Source: Epithemia pelagica (taxonomy: Eukaryota > Protista > Bacillariophyta). From it: DNA of 64,000 nt. Positions 24,899 through 37,980 of this stretch are shown here, piece after piece. How positions within the stretch are numbered: position 1 is the stretch's first letter; the number at the start of each line of letters is the position of its first letter. The position numbers and the translations under genes were made by a program. Location: contig OX337236.1 of the NCBI GenBank assembly GCA_946965045.2, forward strand, positions 1,860,001 to 1,924,000, given 5' to 3'. Below the pieces are notes generated by a model. The model was not told the DNA's origin. It searched no databases and saw only the letters and a list, made by a program, of their open reading frames with translations.

Positions 24899-27777
24899 TC
24901 AATGTTCGCGAGCAGACAATCCACGCCATAGTTCCGGCAACCACCTTTTACCGGAAACCCCAAAGAAGCTTCGAAGCTGTGGTCTTGCAAGACAAGTCCA
25001 TCCGCGCCTCTCTGATGGATTGACAGCAGGATGCCCACGGACAAGATAGGAATTGGGCAACGTGGCAGGTTGATTTGGAATCTCTTTCCCTTCCTTTAGT
25101 TGGTATCCATAGAGATCATATGTGACAACCCCTGACTTTACATCCTTTTGCCACAAACAAACAAAAACATCGTACTCTGGAAATTTAGCAAACTTCGGGT
25201 AGTAAATAGAAACTTTGGGAAAGTTCCCCTCCCAGTGATGGTTCGAACAGATTTCACCCAGTGCCTTCTGCAATTCTTGAAGATTCTTGACCATCGATAT
25301 GGTCCGAGTGGCGGGCAATGGATAATTATAAAAGAGACTTGTCGAAATCGTCTTCATTTCGAAACTCGGAGTTGGGATGCACGAGACATCTCCAAAATTA
25401 CCAGAAACATATCGCAACCAGAGAACAAGCAAAAACAAAGACTCCCATCCATCACCGCTTTCTTCTTTGCTCGTGCTCCAACTTTTCGCATCTTGTACGA
25501 CTTGACTTTGCGATAGTCCGAAACGACCTTGGATTGAATCTGCAAGATTTCCCAACAACTCCATCAAATAGCATGGTATCCAATAGCTTTTGCCATTGCC
25601 GTTATCCAAAAGTGCGTCAATATTCGTCCCTAGTGGCTCTCCGGAGAAGAAAGATCCCAAGACTCTTTGCAGCAAGTCGAAGTCCAATGTTGTACCACTA
25701 CAAGCCCTCTCTGTACGACGGGCGATCTGCGCTTTCTCAGCGAGCCCTTCAACCGTAAGAGTTGTCACCAGCAATGCCGGAATGAGGCCGTAATAGAGAG
25801 CCATTCGCGGCGTGAGATCGGTGATATTTAGATTTTGTCTTGCACCTGATAGATCCTGAATCAGCGGTAAGGTTTTAACTTCCATGTCACGAAAGGAAAG
25901 GGACGGCAATGCTTTTTCTGGATTTGTTGAGCTCAAATGGGAAGAAAACACAAAGTATCTTCCTCGTTGGGTGAGAAAGTTCTCCTTCAAGAAGAGTACA
26001 ATGTCTTTGTCCAATACCACGTTGTTCAACTCGTCAATCAACAATACGACTTGGTTGGTCCCAAGAAAAGAAGACACCTCGTCTGCCGTGATGCTGTATT
26101 TCTTGAAGGCTTTAAAATCATCACTTATCGCACCTGTCCTTAAACTCGCTGGACGAGCATCATACGCAATCCGCCGGCAAAGCATTTCAAGACTCGAGTC
26201 TCCTCTCAAAATCTCATAATCGCAATTGGAGAAGTCGTTGAATGAGACAAAGAGAGTTGGAATACACTGTTCGCGAAGTGCCTTTGCCAACTCGTAGAGT
26301 GCCCTCGTCTTCCCTCCCCTGGAGCAGCGAGCCAGGGAAGTGATTGGGACTCGGTACGATCCATCGGCTGCATCCTCCTTCAGGCACAAATCCGTCACCC
26401 TCCCCACGATGTCATCAAGCCATCCTTCTTGGCTTACGAACGGAGGTGTGATCGGTTCAAGATGAGGAATTTCCAAGAGGTTCATCCACTGTTGAGCCGG
26501 AATGCGGATTCTTTTTGGCGGACTTGCCTCTGGCACTGTCCATTGCACGCTTCTAAGTTTTGAGTTAAAATAGTAGGTCCGCCCCTCGCCGTCTACCATT
26601 TCTTGCCATCCTTCTGGAAGGGGCGGTGAATCTGCCGGTTGAGCTGGAATGCGGATTCTTTTTGGCGGATTAGCCTCAGGCACTGTCCATTGCACGCTTC
26701 CAAGTTTTGAGTTAAAATAGTAGGTCCGCCCCTCGCCGTCTACCATTTCTTGCCATCCTTCTGGAAGGGGCGGTGAATCTGCCGGTTGCTCCTGCGATGC
26801 ACTCATTCCTAGACATACTGTATCTTGATTGTGTTGTATAGTTGTTGTCGAGGTTGTTTCGCGTTTCGCTGCGTTGATGATGTTGGGACCAGCCCCGCTC
26901 TCACGCTTACGAAGGGATTTGTTGTCAGCATAGGCCTGCAAGGCGGGAATGTCGGCTTCCTCTTCGGCAATGAGTGCCACGGGGGCACCGACGGCACCAC
27001 TTTCTCCTTCTTGCGTAATAATGGCAGCCAAGAAACCGTCTTCAAAGGCTTCCACATCCATGTCCGCCTTATCGGACTCTACCACCATAATGGCTTCACC
27101 GGCCGAGATGGCATCACCCTCGGATTTCAACCAAGAAACCACCTTTCCTTCCTTCATTGTGGACGAAAGGGCGGGCATGTCAATCTGACTAAACGCACAG
27201 TCCGGTGCTTGGGGAACAAACAAACAAGAAAACTCAAGGTGAGGGCATGGCACACCACGAGACTACAACTGCCAACACACACACCAACCAACTATACATG
27301 GTGGGACCTACCTTCGGTGGAAGCCGCAGGGGGAGCCTCGGTCGACGCAGCCGGTGCGGCAGCAGCAGCCGCAGGCGCCGTTCCATCAAAACTGGCAATC
27401 ACCTCCTGTATGTCTGCCTCATTCTCCGCGATAAGGGCGACTGCTTCACCAACGGGAGCCATGGCCCCTTCTTCGACAATAATTTTGGCCAGATAGCCAT
27501 CTTCAAAGGCTTCGACATCCATATCGGCCTTGTCGGATTCCACGACCATGATGGCCTCACCGGCTTCAATCGAGTCACCTTCCGACTTGAGCCAACTAAC
27601 CACACGTCCTTCTTTCATGGTGGAGGACAAGGCCGGCATGGTGATGGTACTGCCTTCGGCAAACAAGTCCGTGAGGCTTCGGCCCACAGAAGGACGCCAT
27701 GGTTCTACAACACCAAAGGCATTCGAGGATCGGGCCAACAAGGCCACAAGGACACTGCAACTCAAGACGACCCTCAT
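24899..27777 (-). CDS. Chimeric gene (copy A): PDH E2 presequence + 2 lipoyl domains fused in frame to WW-WW, P-loop NTPase and PD-(D/E)xK nuclease; inherited intron about 27208..27311
   Basis: 27777..26928 copies PDH E2 13512..12663. The junction reads ALQAY|ADNKSLRK. Then 2x WW ([16 protein letters not shown]...QWTVP), Walker A RCSRGGKT, Walker B VLLIDE, nuclease motifs GDGWE, FPEYD, YQLK. Internal Met at 26806. Confidence 0.8.
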
Positions 27778-27997
27778 CTTTCAATTCCGAGACTCGCAAT
27801 GATGATGGATGGGATGTTGGTTGTCTCACAATCAATACAAAACTTGCGAGAGATCTCTCAAACAACTCGTCTGCCAAGTGATGTCGTCGCGTGTCTCATC
27901 AGTCGTCATCTCTCCCATCTTTCGCGAGACATCAACGTCACAAAATCAGTCCTTCTCCACTAAAAAAAATTTGAATCTATTATAACGCTGCCGCACG

Positions 27998-28169
27998 TGT
28001 CTTATTTTGCCTGTGGAAGCAAAATCCCACTATCGTAACAACATTCTTACCGATAACAAGAATTATACTACGTTCAAAGCAGAGACAAGAAAAGTAACCA
28101 TGTAAGCGGTAACATCAGCTTCTGTGGGTCTTGGATGTTCGTGATCGAGCTATCAGCCGGAATAAGACA
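27998..28169. repeat. LTR (left)
   Basis: 172 bp; two substitutions seen relative to 33858..34029. Confidence 0.92.
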
Positions 28170-31100
28170 GTCCCCGCAAGTCGATTGCCGACTTGGAATG
28201 AAGGCTGTGGCATGCGAGAAACGAGAGCTCCACAACATAGAAGCCCATTCAAGCCACAGTTCCAACCGGGCCATGTGGAAAATCATTGTAGACTGACATG
28301 AAATCATGTCACACTCATCCATTCTTGTCACTATTTGATCTCAGTTTTGCATTCGGGGCGGTCCTCCTTTTGTCTTTCTCTCCCCATGGTACGGCAGCTT
28401 TCTAGAGAGCCTCGTTGTAAGATGCGTCCAAGACCAATGGCAAGGTGTATGTATGCATGTGGAAAATCCCGCGTCCACAAAAATGCCAGACCGACTCAGG
28501 TCTCATTGTTACCCACCACAAGTGAGGAAAACCAACCCCCCGCGGCCACTCCAGGACATGGAACTACCATGCGATCAGGTTACACAACAACAACAGCAAT
28601 GCACGACATGGCCAAGAACCACGACAACAGGAGTTGGAATGGCAACAAGATGTACTGGAATGGATTCTGGAGATCTGTTATATCGTCTTGATCCAGAATC
28701 TCTGTCTCTTCGCCTTGTTCCAGATACCTCTTTCTTTGAACCCTGCTCCTTTTGATACCTGACAAGGCACCCCATGCCCAAATGAGCGAAACATGTGGTC
28801 CTGTCTCTGTCTATTATATTTGCCCCAGCACATAGATGCATACATGATCCTGCACGATTCGCTTGTCACTTCAACTTCGTTAGCTGGATTCGAGTTAATG
28901 TTCATATAACATGCGGTTCCGTGCATCCAGAAGGTATCCTCCCCACATTGTCTGCCCAAGTGATAAATGCTATCTAATTTCATTCTTTCCGACATGCCAA
29001 GGTGGGTGTCAACCAGATACACCATTTGTTGTCATCGCACTCCCTAACTATTCTGCAGCTGTGCTGTACGGGTAATTCCTTGTTCTCTCTACCACGTACC
29101 AAACTTTTCTGAATTTCCCCTCCACATCAGCAAGGAAGGAAGTATCTCACAACCTCTGCTAGCTGCACACCTGTTCATCTTCCATTATTGCGAGCAACCA
29201 TGTTTTGATAACTTGCCCCGTGCACCAAAGATCACACCAATTCAAGAGTCAGATATGTGTCTCAATGTCCCCGTCTTTCTTGGTCGATATAAGGAATGCA
29301 CCGTCCCCGTCTTCTTGCTTTCCAAACTATGAGGTCCCCGTCTTCTTGCTGCAATTCCCATTCCCATCCCAGGCTCAGGCTGTCATCATCTATCATTTTC
29401 CGAAAAACTCTTCCCGCGTCATAAGTCACAAGGTTTCTCCAATACCCCAATCATTCCCAATTCTGTGATTCAATTCTCCCAGCGTGGTGTCACATTTTCC
29501 ACAGATCCGATTCTTCTGCCTCACATTTATAGTATCTGTTGCCACCAAATCCATATCTGACCAACCTCTACTGTCTCCATTCACTCCTTAGCCGAGCATG
29601 TCCTTAACTGGCCATGCAGATCATTTCCACTTCATTTCAGGCCTTCTCGGATGGTTCCTGACAACAACCCCTTTCATGGCAAACCAGGAGAATCCTCCTC
29701 GGCAGTCACAAACAAAAACTCTGTCTGCATGCACAGAGAGCAGCCCATACATAGTCTGCAACCCGAGGTGTACCTCTCTCCAGTTTATGTTTGTCTGGGC
29801 AACCTCATCAGGAATCATGTTGTTTCCTCCAACACAATGCTCCTGTTTGTCCCTAATGATCCAGAGACTTTCCCTCCGATTTTTAGTGCATTTGTGCTTC
29901 CTCTGGTTTGCCGGCACCTGGCCAATAGTGTCATTTCTCTTGCACTTGCATCTTTTCCGACGACAATGGTATTTTGCGTTCTCCCGTGCACTTGCACATC
30001 CTCTCCCTACCGCAAATGTCACCACCTCCAGGATGCCTGCAGCCTCCTCGACCCCTCCTTTCTTGCACTACAGCATACATCACTCGGCATTTCCTGCACA
30101 ACAGCACTTCTCTCAATTAACACACCTGGTACGAGGACCAAATACCCAAGGAAATCCCAGAATGTTCTGACTGATGTCATTCCCTCAAGGAAGCCAACCA
30201 CATCATTGTCCCAACAAACAAGGGACATCACCTTTGCTATTGCAAATTGGCATCGGGAACGCAATCATATTTGGAAAAAAAAGGTCAGGAAGAATTCCCC
30301 GATGAACGTGACTCGGCACATGGCTTTGTATGGGCTGTTTGGTGCCAATTGCCCAATACCAAGCCTGGTCTTGAGAACAATCTCACCTCCTGCAAGGCCC
30401 TGCATCCCTCCTTGTGGAACGACCAACTTAAAAGTGTCTACTATACCAGTACCTTTCAGCTGCCCGTCAAGTTTTTCTCATGGCGGAGGAGCCTACCGCG
30501 TTCGATCACGGTTTCCCTGGAAGTCCTTTGCCATGGATGTCAACCAGTATCGGGATCCCATGATTCCACCCTACCCCCAAAGTTCCAAAGACTTGAGCTT
30601 TTTGTGGGCCGAAGGACCGCTCTGGTCCAAGCAGAGATTCAAGAGCCAACCACACGATGTTGTCGACTTTAATCTGGCCTATTCCATTACTCTCAAGAAG
30701 GGTGTGCCATCCGCCATTGGGCCACCCTGGTATTGTCCCCGTCCTCTGACAATGGGAAGCCAGAGCAAGCATGGGAGGAGGAATGTAAGCAACCAGGCCT
30801 CCCCTTTTTTTTAGGAGATCGTGGGTTTTAGGAGATCGTGGGTATGCCTTTCACGTGTTTGGTTCCCCTCCCGATGTATCTGGCCCTGCCCATCTTTCCC
30901 TTCCAGGGTCCCCGCCTTGCGATCACCTTCATAAAAAACATGTCACAGCAAGTGACATCGTCTCATAGTCTTCCGCTTCCTTTTGTATTTCATCCAAATG
31001 ACTTTGAATTTTCATCTTGGTAGCAGGACGCGAATCCGATCCCCACTTCTCGCGGAACCCACTTTTCGTCCCCTTGTTCAGTGAGATGTTCCATGCCCAT

Positions 31101-33857
31101 AGCTAACAACTCCTTGTTTATTCATATGTTCCAAGCCCATAGCCAACAATCCATCACTTCTGCAATACGTATTGTCCCTTTTCAGACCATTGCGTCTCTT
31201 GATCCATGCTCCAATTTTCTCCACGCGTACCACAGTGACTCCATATCTTCCGTGGTGATGAGGGGGGCTTCGAACTCCAATTCAGTCATTGATGAACTGT
31301 CATTGGATGTACGAGACGGGAGAGTATCCCATGACCATCCTGCTCCATCCATTGTCAACCCCCCAGGAATGTACAACTTCTCTTGAGGAAGATTCCTCTC
31401 CACGATTACAGGCCCGCGGGGCAAAGACACAGTTCCCTGTTTCAAACAAATCAACCCTATGCCAGATAGGAGCAATTCGCCATCATAATCCAAGAGCACC
31501 CTGACCCGAAAAGATCCTCCGATGGTATGGCCATTTGCCATATCCTGGACAATAGATATGTCTTGTCTCAGTCATCAGGATCCCACGCCAGCAATTCTGA
31601 TTTGTGTAATCTGGCCGCAAAACTAAATTGTGATGCAGAATCGCCATTCCAATTCTCAGTACTGCAGACACGAGTGGCCTCATAAGCACATGCTTTGTCT
31701 GGATCCGCCGTCCTCATACTCATCAACTTCCGGCGTCTCTTTCATGACCACCTCTCCATATTCCTCATTTGGTGCTACGATTCATGTCTGTCCCCGCTGT
31801 TCCTCTTCTGCTTCTACATCCTCCCATTATCCTGGTCCACTTCCATTACTAGATATATCCGGTTTGGCTTTTCTCTTTCTGGTAGTTGGTCAAAAAGATC
31901 CATCGTATCCACTTCTTTTGACACTCTTTAGCGTCTTCACCTGAACCTCCGTTTATAGCACAACTCTGCACGAGACTCCGCAGAAACAGTGTGATGCCCA
32001 CAAGAAGAAACTCCGCAGAAACAGTGTGATGCCCACAAGAAGAAACTGCCTCAAAGAAGACACTGCCTCATCCGTAGCCCACAAGAAGAAACTACCTCAA
32101 AGAAGACACTGCCTCATCCATAGCAATCACTTTAGATGTCGTTGATTATCGGACTCCTCCAGTAGGCCCACTCCTCCCGTGGACCCAGAGCTGTTTGTCC
32201 CCGTCCTCCAACCATCGCTCTTGCGGAGCTATGGGAGGAGGATTCTTCTACTCCACGGGATCCTCATCGACAACCCAACAGTTAGTTCTTCGTCAATATC
32301 TTGCATACCAAATGCGGAGCAGTCTCCAGCCAATTAAGTGATGTCCCAATAACCTATTAGAATATACTTTGTCATGGCATGGAACAGCAATATTTCTGAA
32401 TATAGTCGAATGACGTGACCATTCGATGAACAGACGACGTACATTCTCGACGCGACTGTAAGGTTTCGGGACACAAAGAATACTTCCCCCTGTTTTGGTT
32501 CTGGTTGTGAAAAGAGACAACACCGTGGCTGTGCTTGGGCAGGTCATCTTCCTGTTGATGGTCTTCTCGTTGTTTGTGCCACTCCACGCCTGGTCCTTCC
32601 ACAAGCTGCTCAGTCGCATGACGGACCTCTCCGACAAGACCAACCGTTGCCAGTCTCATTGGTAAGGATACAGACGAAATTGTCACTGCCAAATCGGACA
32701 ATGACGACGACGGAATGGAATCGAGTCTTTCCACCGACACCTCAGGGGCCTTGCATGGTGCCCAATAATTCTGCGATTCCACGAGGCTGATACACGCTTG
32801 GCAGCCCCAATGCTTCATCCATGTATAACGCAACGTTCGGATTCCAATTACCAGTCCCAGTTGATACGAACATGACTCAGACTCCCTTTATCCAGTCGAT
32901 ACGAACATGACTCAGACTCCCTTTATGAAATTTCCTCGTCAGTTAACTTTCCAAGAAGGCCCATTGGTGTATTGCTCCAATGCGGGAGCATGCTCCATTG
33001 TGCCGACCACACGTCATTTTCATTATTTCCGACACTGCACTCTGGTGTTAGAGGCAAAATTTACACATCCGACTTCCTACGAATAGGTCCGTTTCACGAG
33101 AACTTCAATTCCTAACAAATGAGGTTATTCCTTTTGTCGATACATTGCTTCCTCAATGCCTGATCCGGTGACACTCGTACCTTGAGTGCCACCATCCCTC
33201 CCGGATGTATCCGTATCCGGTGACACCTGTACCTCGGGTGCCACCATCATTCCTAGATGCACCACGCGGTGCACCCATCCCAACAGCCATTCCCTCCACA
33301 ACTATAACCCGTTGCAGACCCCGTTCCGGTATCAGATGAACCTTCCGGGTGATTTTCCCCCAGTGAAACACCGGTCTCACCTCGTTGGTGATATCCAAGG
33401 CTGTGGGATCTCCGCTTCGACTCCCTCCGCTACCTGTGGGTACTAAAACTGGCAGCAGCTTCTGCTTCACGTTTGTGTTTCCACTCCTACTCCCTTTTTG
33501 GACTTCTGATTGCTCCCTCTTTCGATTTCCACTTTCACTGGGTTCCTTTCCTACTTCTGCATCCTTCATGGGTACTTGTGTCTCACCCTTGGCTTCCACA
33601 GCTTCCGCTCTCACAGCTTCTGTAACTCCATCCATTTCCACAACTCCCGTAATTCCCATTACTTCCAGTTTATATCGTCAGTCATTGGTCTCGATGACAA
33701 ATAACCATTTCTGTTTTGTCGTTTTCAACCACATCGATTGCTTTCCTTGTGCTTCGTCTCCATCAGCTAGCTCTCTCTGAAACGCTTCCCCATCGTTTAT
33801 TTCTTGTCTCTTTCTGCCTCGAAGGCCAAAATGTAGCTTCTTCTGGGTCTGATAAAC

Positions 33858-34029
33858 TGTCTTATTTTGCCTGTGGGAGCAAAATCCCACTATCGTAACA
33901 ACATTCTTACCGATAACAAGAATTATACTACGTTCAAAGCAGAGACAAGAAAAGTAACCATGTAAGCGGTAACATCAGCTTCTGCGGGTCTTGGATGTTC
34001 GTGATCGAGCTATCAGCCGGAATAAGACA
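33858..34029. repeat. LTR (right)
   Basis: 172 bp, TG...CA ends with 9-bp terminal inverted repeat. Confidence 0.92.
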
Positions 34030-34125
34030 CACGTACCCACTCAGGGGAAACGCCGACCGACGCGCCCGGCATGTGTGGCGATTACACACGCGAGGACTAA
34101 CAAAGGTAAAAGCTACTGACACTAG

Positions 34126-37100
34126 GTCAATAGCGGGAAGAGCGCACAGACTTGAGGATGACAGGTTGCCAAGTATCAATCCACGAGCGTAAGCTGGCCG
34201 AAGTCGTATGAGTAGTAAAGTGTTCCTCGGGAGTTGAGTAAAAGAGAATGCGATCACGTGGATCAACAGAATGACGCAATCTGTACAAGCACTGAATTTC
34301 ACGTTGAGCTTAGGCCAAAGCGGCGGATTCCCGGGTAGAGTTGTCGTGTCCATGTAAATCTTGGTTCCGAGATAACCAGAGACGGTAGACGTGTTCCCAG
34401 ATGATCTTGATGCAAGTTGTAACGAACATAGAGCCATGAAAATGCCCTTTCTCCGTGGGAGGACATTGTAGAAGATGAGCGTCTTGCAGTGCTATCCAAT
34501 CAGTCACGAATCGTCCGTAGAAGAGGTGTTGTATGCCCACAGTAGACTGGCGGGCGAGGAGGACAGAGTAACCAGGAGAGAGGGAAGAAATCTGAGGGGG
34601 AGTACCGGCAATCCACGATAAGAGAAGTTGTCGTAGTAGATTCTGGAGAACAGGATCAACGAAGTGAGTATTGCAATAGGTTTGGAGATCATCAAGGAGA
34701 GAACCGATCCATTTGCGGCCAGGACACCGAAGAAAATGTTCCCGTGTTTCCAAAATATCTTGTTCGCACTTAGGACATGTAGAGGGGTAATGGTCGGCGT
34801 ACAGAGAACGTTTGTTGCCTAATGGGAGCCAGTCATGAAGATACTTCGCAAAGAACTGACGACGGGGAAACTGGCCTCGAAGGGCACTGGCATGAGCCGT
34901 CCACAAAATTGAGTCAAAGGTTGATAGACTCCAGTCGTTGCGACTGCAAAGGTATTTGGTCATCTCAGGATCAGATGCAAGTTGTCGTAATACCTGCCTG
35001 TAGTTCGAATTGATGGTGCCATTCGGTCCATGAAGGATAGCCATCGCGCCAGTAACAAGGGGAGCATGTGTAGAAGAAACGTCCTCGGGATAGGTGTATT
35101 GAGAGGCTAAAAAATCGGCACAAACATTCAATTGGGCTGGGAGAGAGAGCGTTGAAACTTGTGCCTGTGAGTCTTGGTGGCCGCGAACATGTTGGCAAGT
35201 AGGGAGGCTCGGGAACCTTCGGAGTGCGGTTGTAATAGCCTGGTGTAGATCCCAGTCGGGGGACATAGTCGTATATGGAAAGTCATGCACCCAATCAAGT
35301 CTTTTGTGAATTGTTTGGATAGCGCTGTTAGAGTCAGTATAGAGGCATAGATTCGGGGGAAGCGAGATCCCATGATACTCGCAAAACCGAAAAAGGAACT
35401 GAAGTAGCGAAAGTAATCCATAACTTTCTGCACGAAAGGACGAGGTTCTAAAGCCTGGGGCAGGTCCAGCAAGAGAAAAGAGTTCAACACCGGTATCTGT
35501 AGCGCAAATACAGCCAAACGAGCCACGGAAAAGCGGGGCAGATCCATCGCTGCAGAGATGTATTGGGGTGATGGTAGCAGGGCCAGTAGATTGCAAACAT
35601 TGGAGCACAGTATCAGGAGTTGCAATAAAGGTGATACCTTTGAGCAAATCACGCTCCCATTTAGGCAATTGTTCTTGATGTTGTTGGAGAGTCGTTGGAA
35701 CGGGAGAAATAACAGGTGGACTTGCATGTGACCAGGAAAACAAAGCTCGGAGACCTAACGGTTCGACCCTTGTGAAGGCTGGAACAGAGTGAGGAGGCAA
35801 TATAGTTGTAGTCAGTCCAGTACTGATGAACCGGCGAAGCATTGTGGGGGCATAGACATGATAACTATCATTCTCCAGTACATACAGTAGAGTATGAGTC
35901 GGCGAGAAATAGGCATGCCATTGTCGGAGGGTATCGTTTCCAGTAACTGTCCACGAGCCAAGGGGTGAGGCAAGAAGTGCGTTTGATTGTGCAGCTGTCA
36001 AAGTCTTCAGAAAGCGCCGCCAGAGCTGCCATGCTCTTGGGCCTGGTCGTTCTTGGTAAGGAACAAGTCCTTTAGCAGTGGAATATGGGGATCGTTGTCC
36101 TTGCAAGCAGTGTTTATTGAGGGTTGTACCATCAGGAGTTGTGATATCACTAAGAACCGTTGCTCCAAGGTAGATTCGGCACGCATCAATCAATTTAAGT
36201 TCTCTGTCAGTAAAAGGAGATGCAGTGGTGTGATCGATAATGAACAAGTCATTTTCTCGTTGAAGTCGGGGTACAAAATCCAGGCCGACCTCAATTTGAC
36301 AATTTACCGACTGAAGAAAAATTCGCATAGCAGGTAACCATTGCATCGGGTCCATGTGTGGCAGCCGTCTCTGTAGGTCCATGAGTATTGGTTTGCTAGT
36401 CCCGGCCAAGAATTGGCCCCACGATAGCATTATGGTTGCAAGGTCTGAAGCGACTCCACAAGGTCGAATGGTTGCGAGGAACATATACACTTGAGCAATA
36501 CCGCATTCAACTGACAGATCCCGAAGAGCAAGGCCTCCATAATCCGCAGCACCATACACCACAGCATTGGGGGTGCATCGATTCATTCCAAATTTAGGGA
36601 GGAACGCAACTTTAAACTCTCTTTGTAATTTCAGACAGTGTTGTTTCGAGAGAGTGGATGACGGAAATGGGTAACAAATACTCGGGAGGTAGATCGAGTG
36701 ATAATATGCCCATGCATCCGTAGGTGAGAACGGACTGCGATGCATAATGGCAGTATGTTGTGTGTTTTTCTTCTTCAAAGATTTGAACAAGCCTTTATTG
36801 GTGGAACTGGGAGCTTTGTGAACACCCAAGGTCTTGTGACTTGAAAATGCCGAAAGTTGCTTCAATGGACGAAGGGAATCTCCAGATTCAAACTCGATTT
36901 CAATCTTTGGTCCAAACTCACCCCCTTGTAGAACTGGCAAACCGTCGATAGTAAATTTGTAGAACATGAAATGATAGGAACACTTGGTTTTCTGAAGTCC
37001 TCCGCCTGAAAGGGAGAGTACGTTGCTCCAGCGCTGAGCGTCGTGAGTAGCGCAAGTAATGTAATGGGAGGGAGGCGCTGGTTCTGGAAGCAGAAAGTCA

Positions 37101-37980
37101 TTGACGCTGCCGCTTGTATCGTCGACAAACCCGATCATGTAGATTCAAACTTTAACTTGGCCGTCGGGTGATTGAAAGTAAGCTCCGTAGGCTTTTGATT
37201 CGTAGGTATCAAACAAGACTGAACTTATAATACACCAAATGGCCCAGCTCCTTGTCCGGAGCCATAGATCGGGTGGATTGTACAGTGTTTGTACCACCGT
37301 TCAGATACCCCCAGTTGCGTCTTGAGGTAGTATTTTGCCTCCTCAAGAGTCTTTGCATTTATAAACACGATGGATTTGTGTTGTCCGAAACTCCGGGATA
37401 CCAAGCTGCCAAAGTTCATGATAATTCTATCATAACACGCAGTTGCATCGTAATCGAGGTGCACGAGCGGCCGTTTGCTCGCACGGCTAATCTCATATTG
37501 GTACTCTTCGATCATTGTGGGTATAATAGCGTCTTTCCCCGGGACTGCTCCGAATTGTGCATCGTTTATGAGGCGTTGTTTTGTGCTTTGTTGAATCAAT
37601 GTACGCCATTTCAAAGCTAAAATCAGGTTGTAGTCTTGCTCATACAAATGTATGACGCGAAGACGATGGATTTTGCGGTTACCAGTCTCTTTTGGAATCA
37701 TCACATTGACGATATGTTTCCATCGCTCAAGAGAGTAGGAGTTGCAGATGGCTAGATTGATCAAATCAACTTGCCACTGGATCAGATCTTCTCGTTGACG
37801 ATTGAGTTCTTGTCCTTCTTCGCTGGCGGGATCGAGATCATGCTCAGCGACTAGCGCTTTGCTGTGAGTAAGGTGGAAACCTGATGGTGACGTGGTAGTT
37901 GCTTCTGGCCATTTGCGTATCTTCTCGACCCATTCCTCGACTGCAATTGGTCCCTTTATGGCATCTATCGCGGTTCGCTC
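34126..37980 (-). pseudogene. Disrupted LINE ORF
   Basis: Frameshift after GSGQGAG near 37240. In-frame TGA just before YMIGFVDD. Premature TAA at 34310, after which the frame continues (AQREIQCLYRLR...SWIDTWQPVILKS) to a stop near 34126. Confidence 0.85.

Larger units (their letters stand above)
27998..34029 (-). mobile_element. 6032-bp LTR retroelement with no intact gag-pol (non-autonomous or degenerate), inserted in the LINE 3' UTR
   Basis: 172-bp direct repeats bounded by TGTCTTATT...AATAAGACA. 4-bp TSD CACG (27994-97 and 34030-33). On the minus strand, a PBS-like GTTTATCAGACCCAG follows the right LTR and a PPT-like TTGCGGGGAC precedes the left LTR. Confidence 0.85.
27964..37980 (-). 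mobile_element. 5'-truncated non-LTR retrotransposon (Ambal-like LINE: RT, RNase H, CCHC finger), inactivated, with nested LTR element
   Basis: 20-bp TSD AATCAGTCCTTCTCCACTAA at 27944..27963 and 37981..38000. RT motifs WPEATTTSPSG, PKETGNRKIHRLRVIHLYE, DATACYDRI, GSGQG, GFVDD. RNase H motifs CSDGS, SFRAESYG, YTDS, HVRGHQD. CPKC...HFLRC finger. Confidence 0.9.

Noticed and set aside
29600-30830. Copia RT-like fragments (SVHADR, TRDITFAIA, WKARR) inside the LTR element
   Set aside because: Short, on inconsistent strands or frames and in no coherent order; not enough to call pol.
31970-32120. Short direct repeats as a CRISPR-like array
   Set aside because: Irregular tandem duplications without unique spacers, eukaryotic context and no cas genes.
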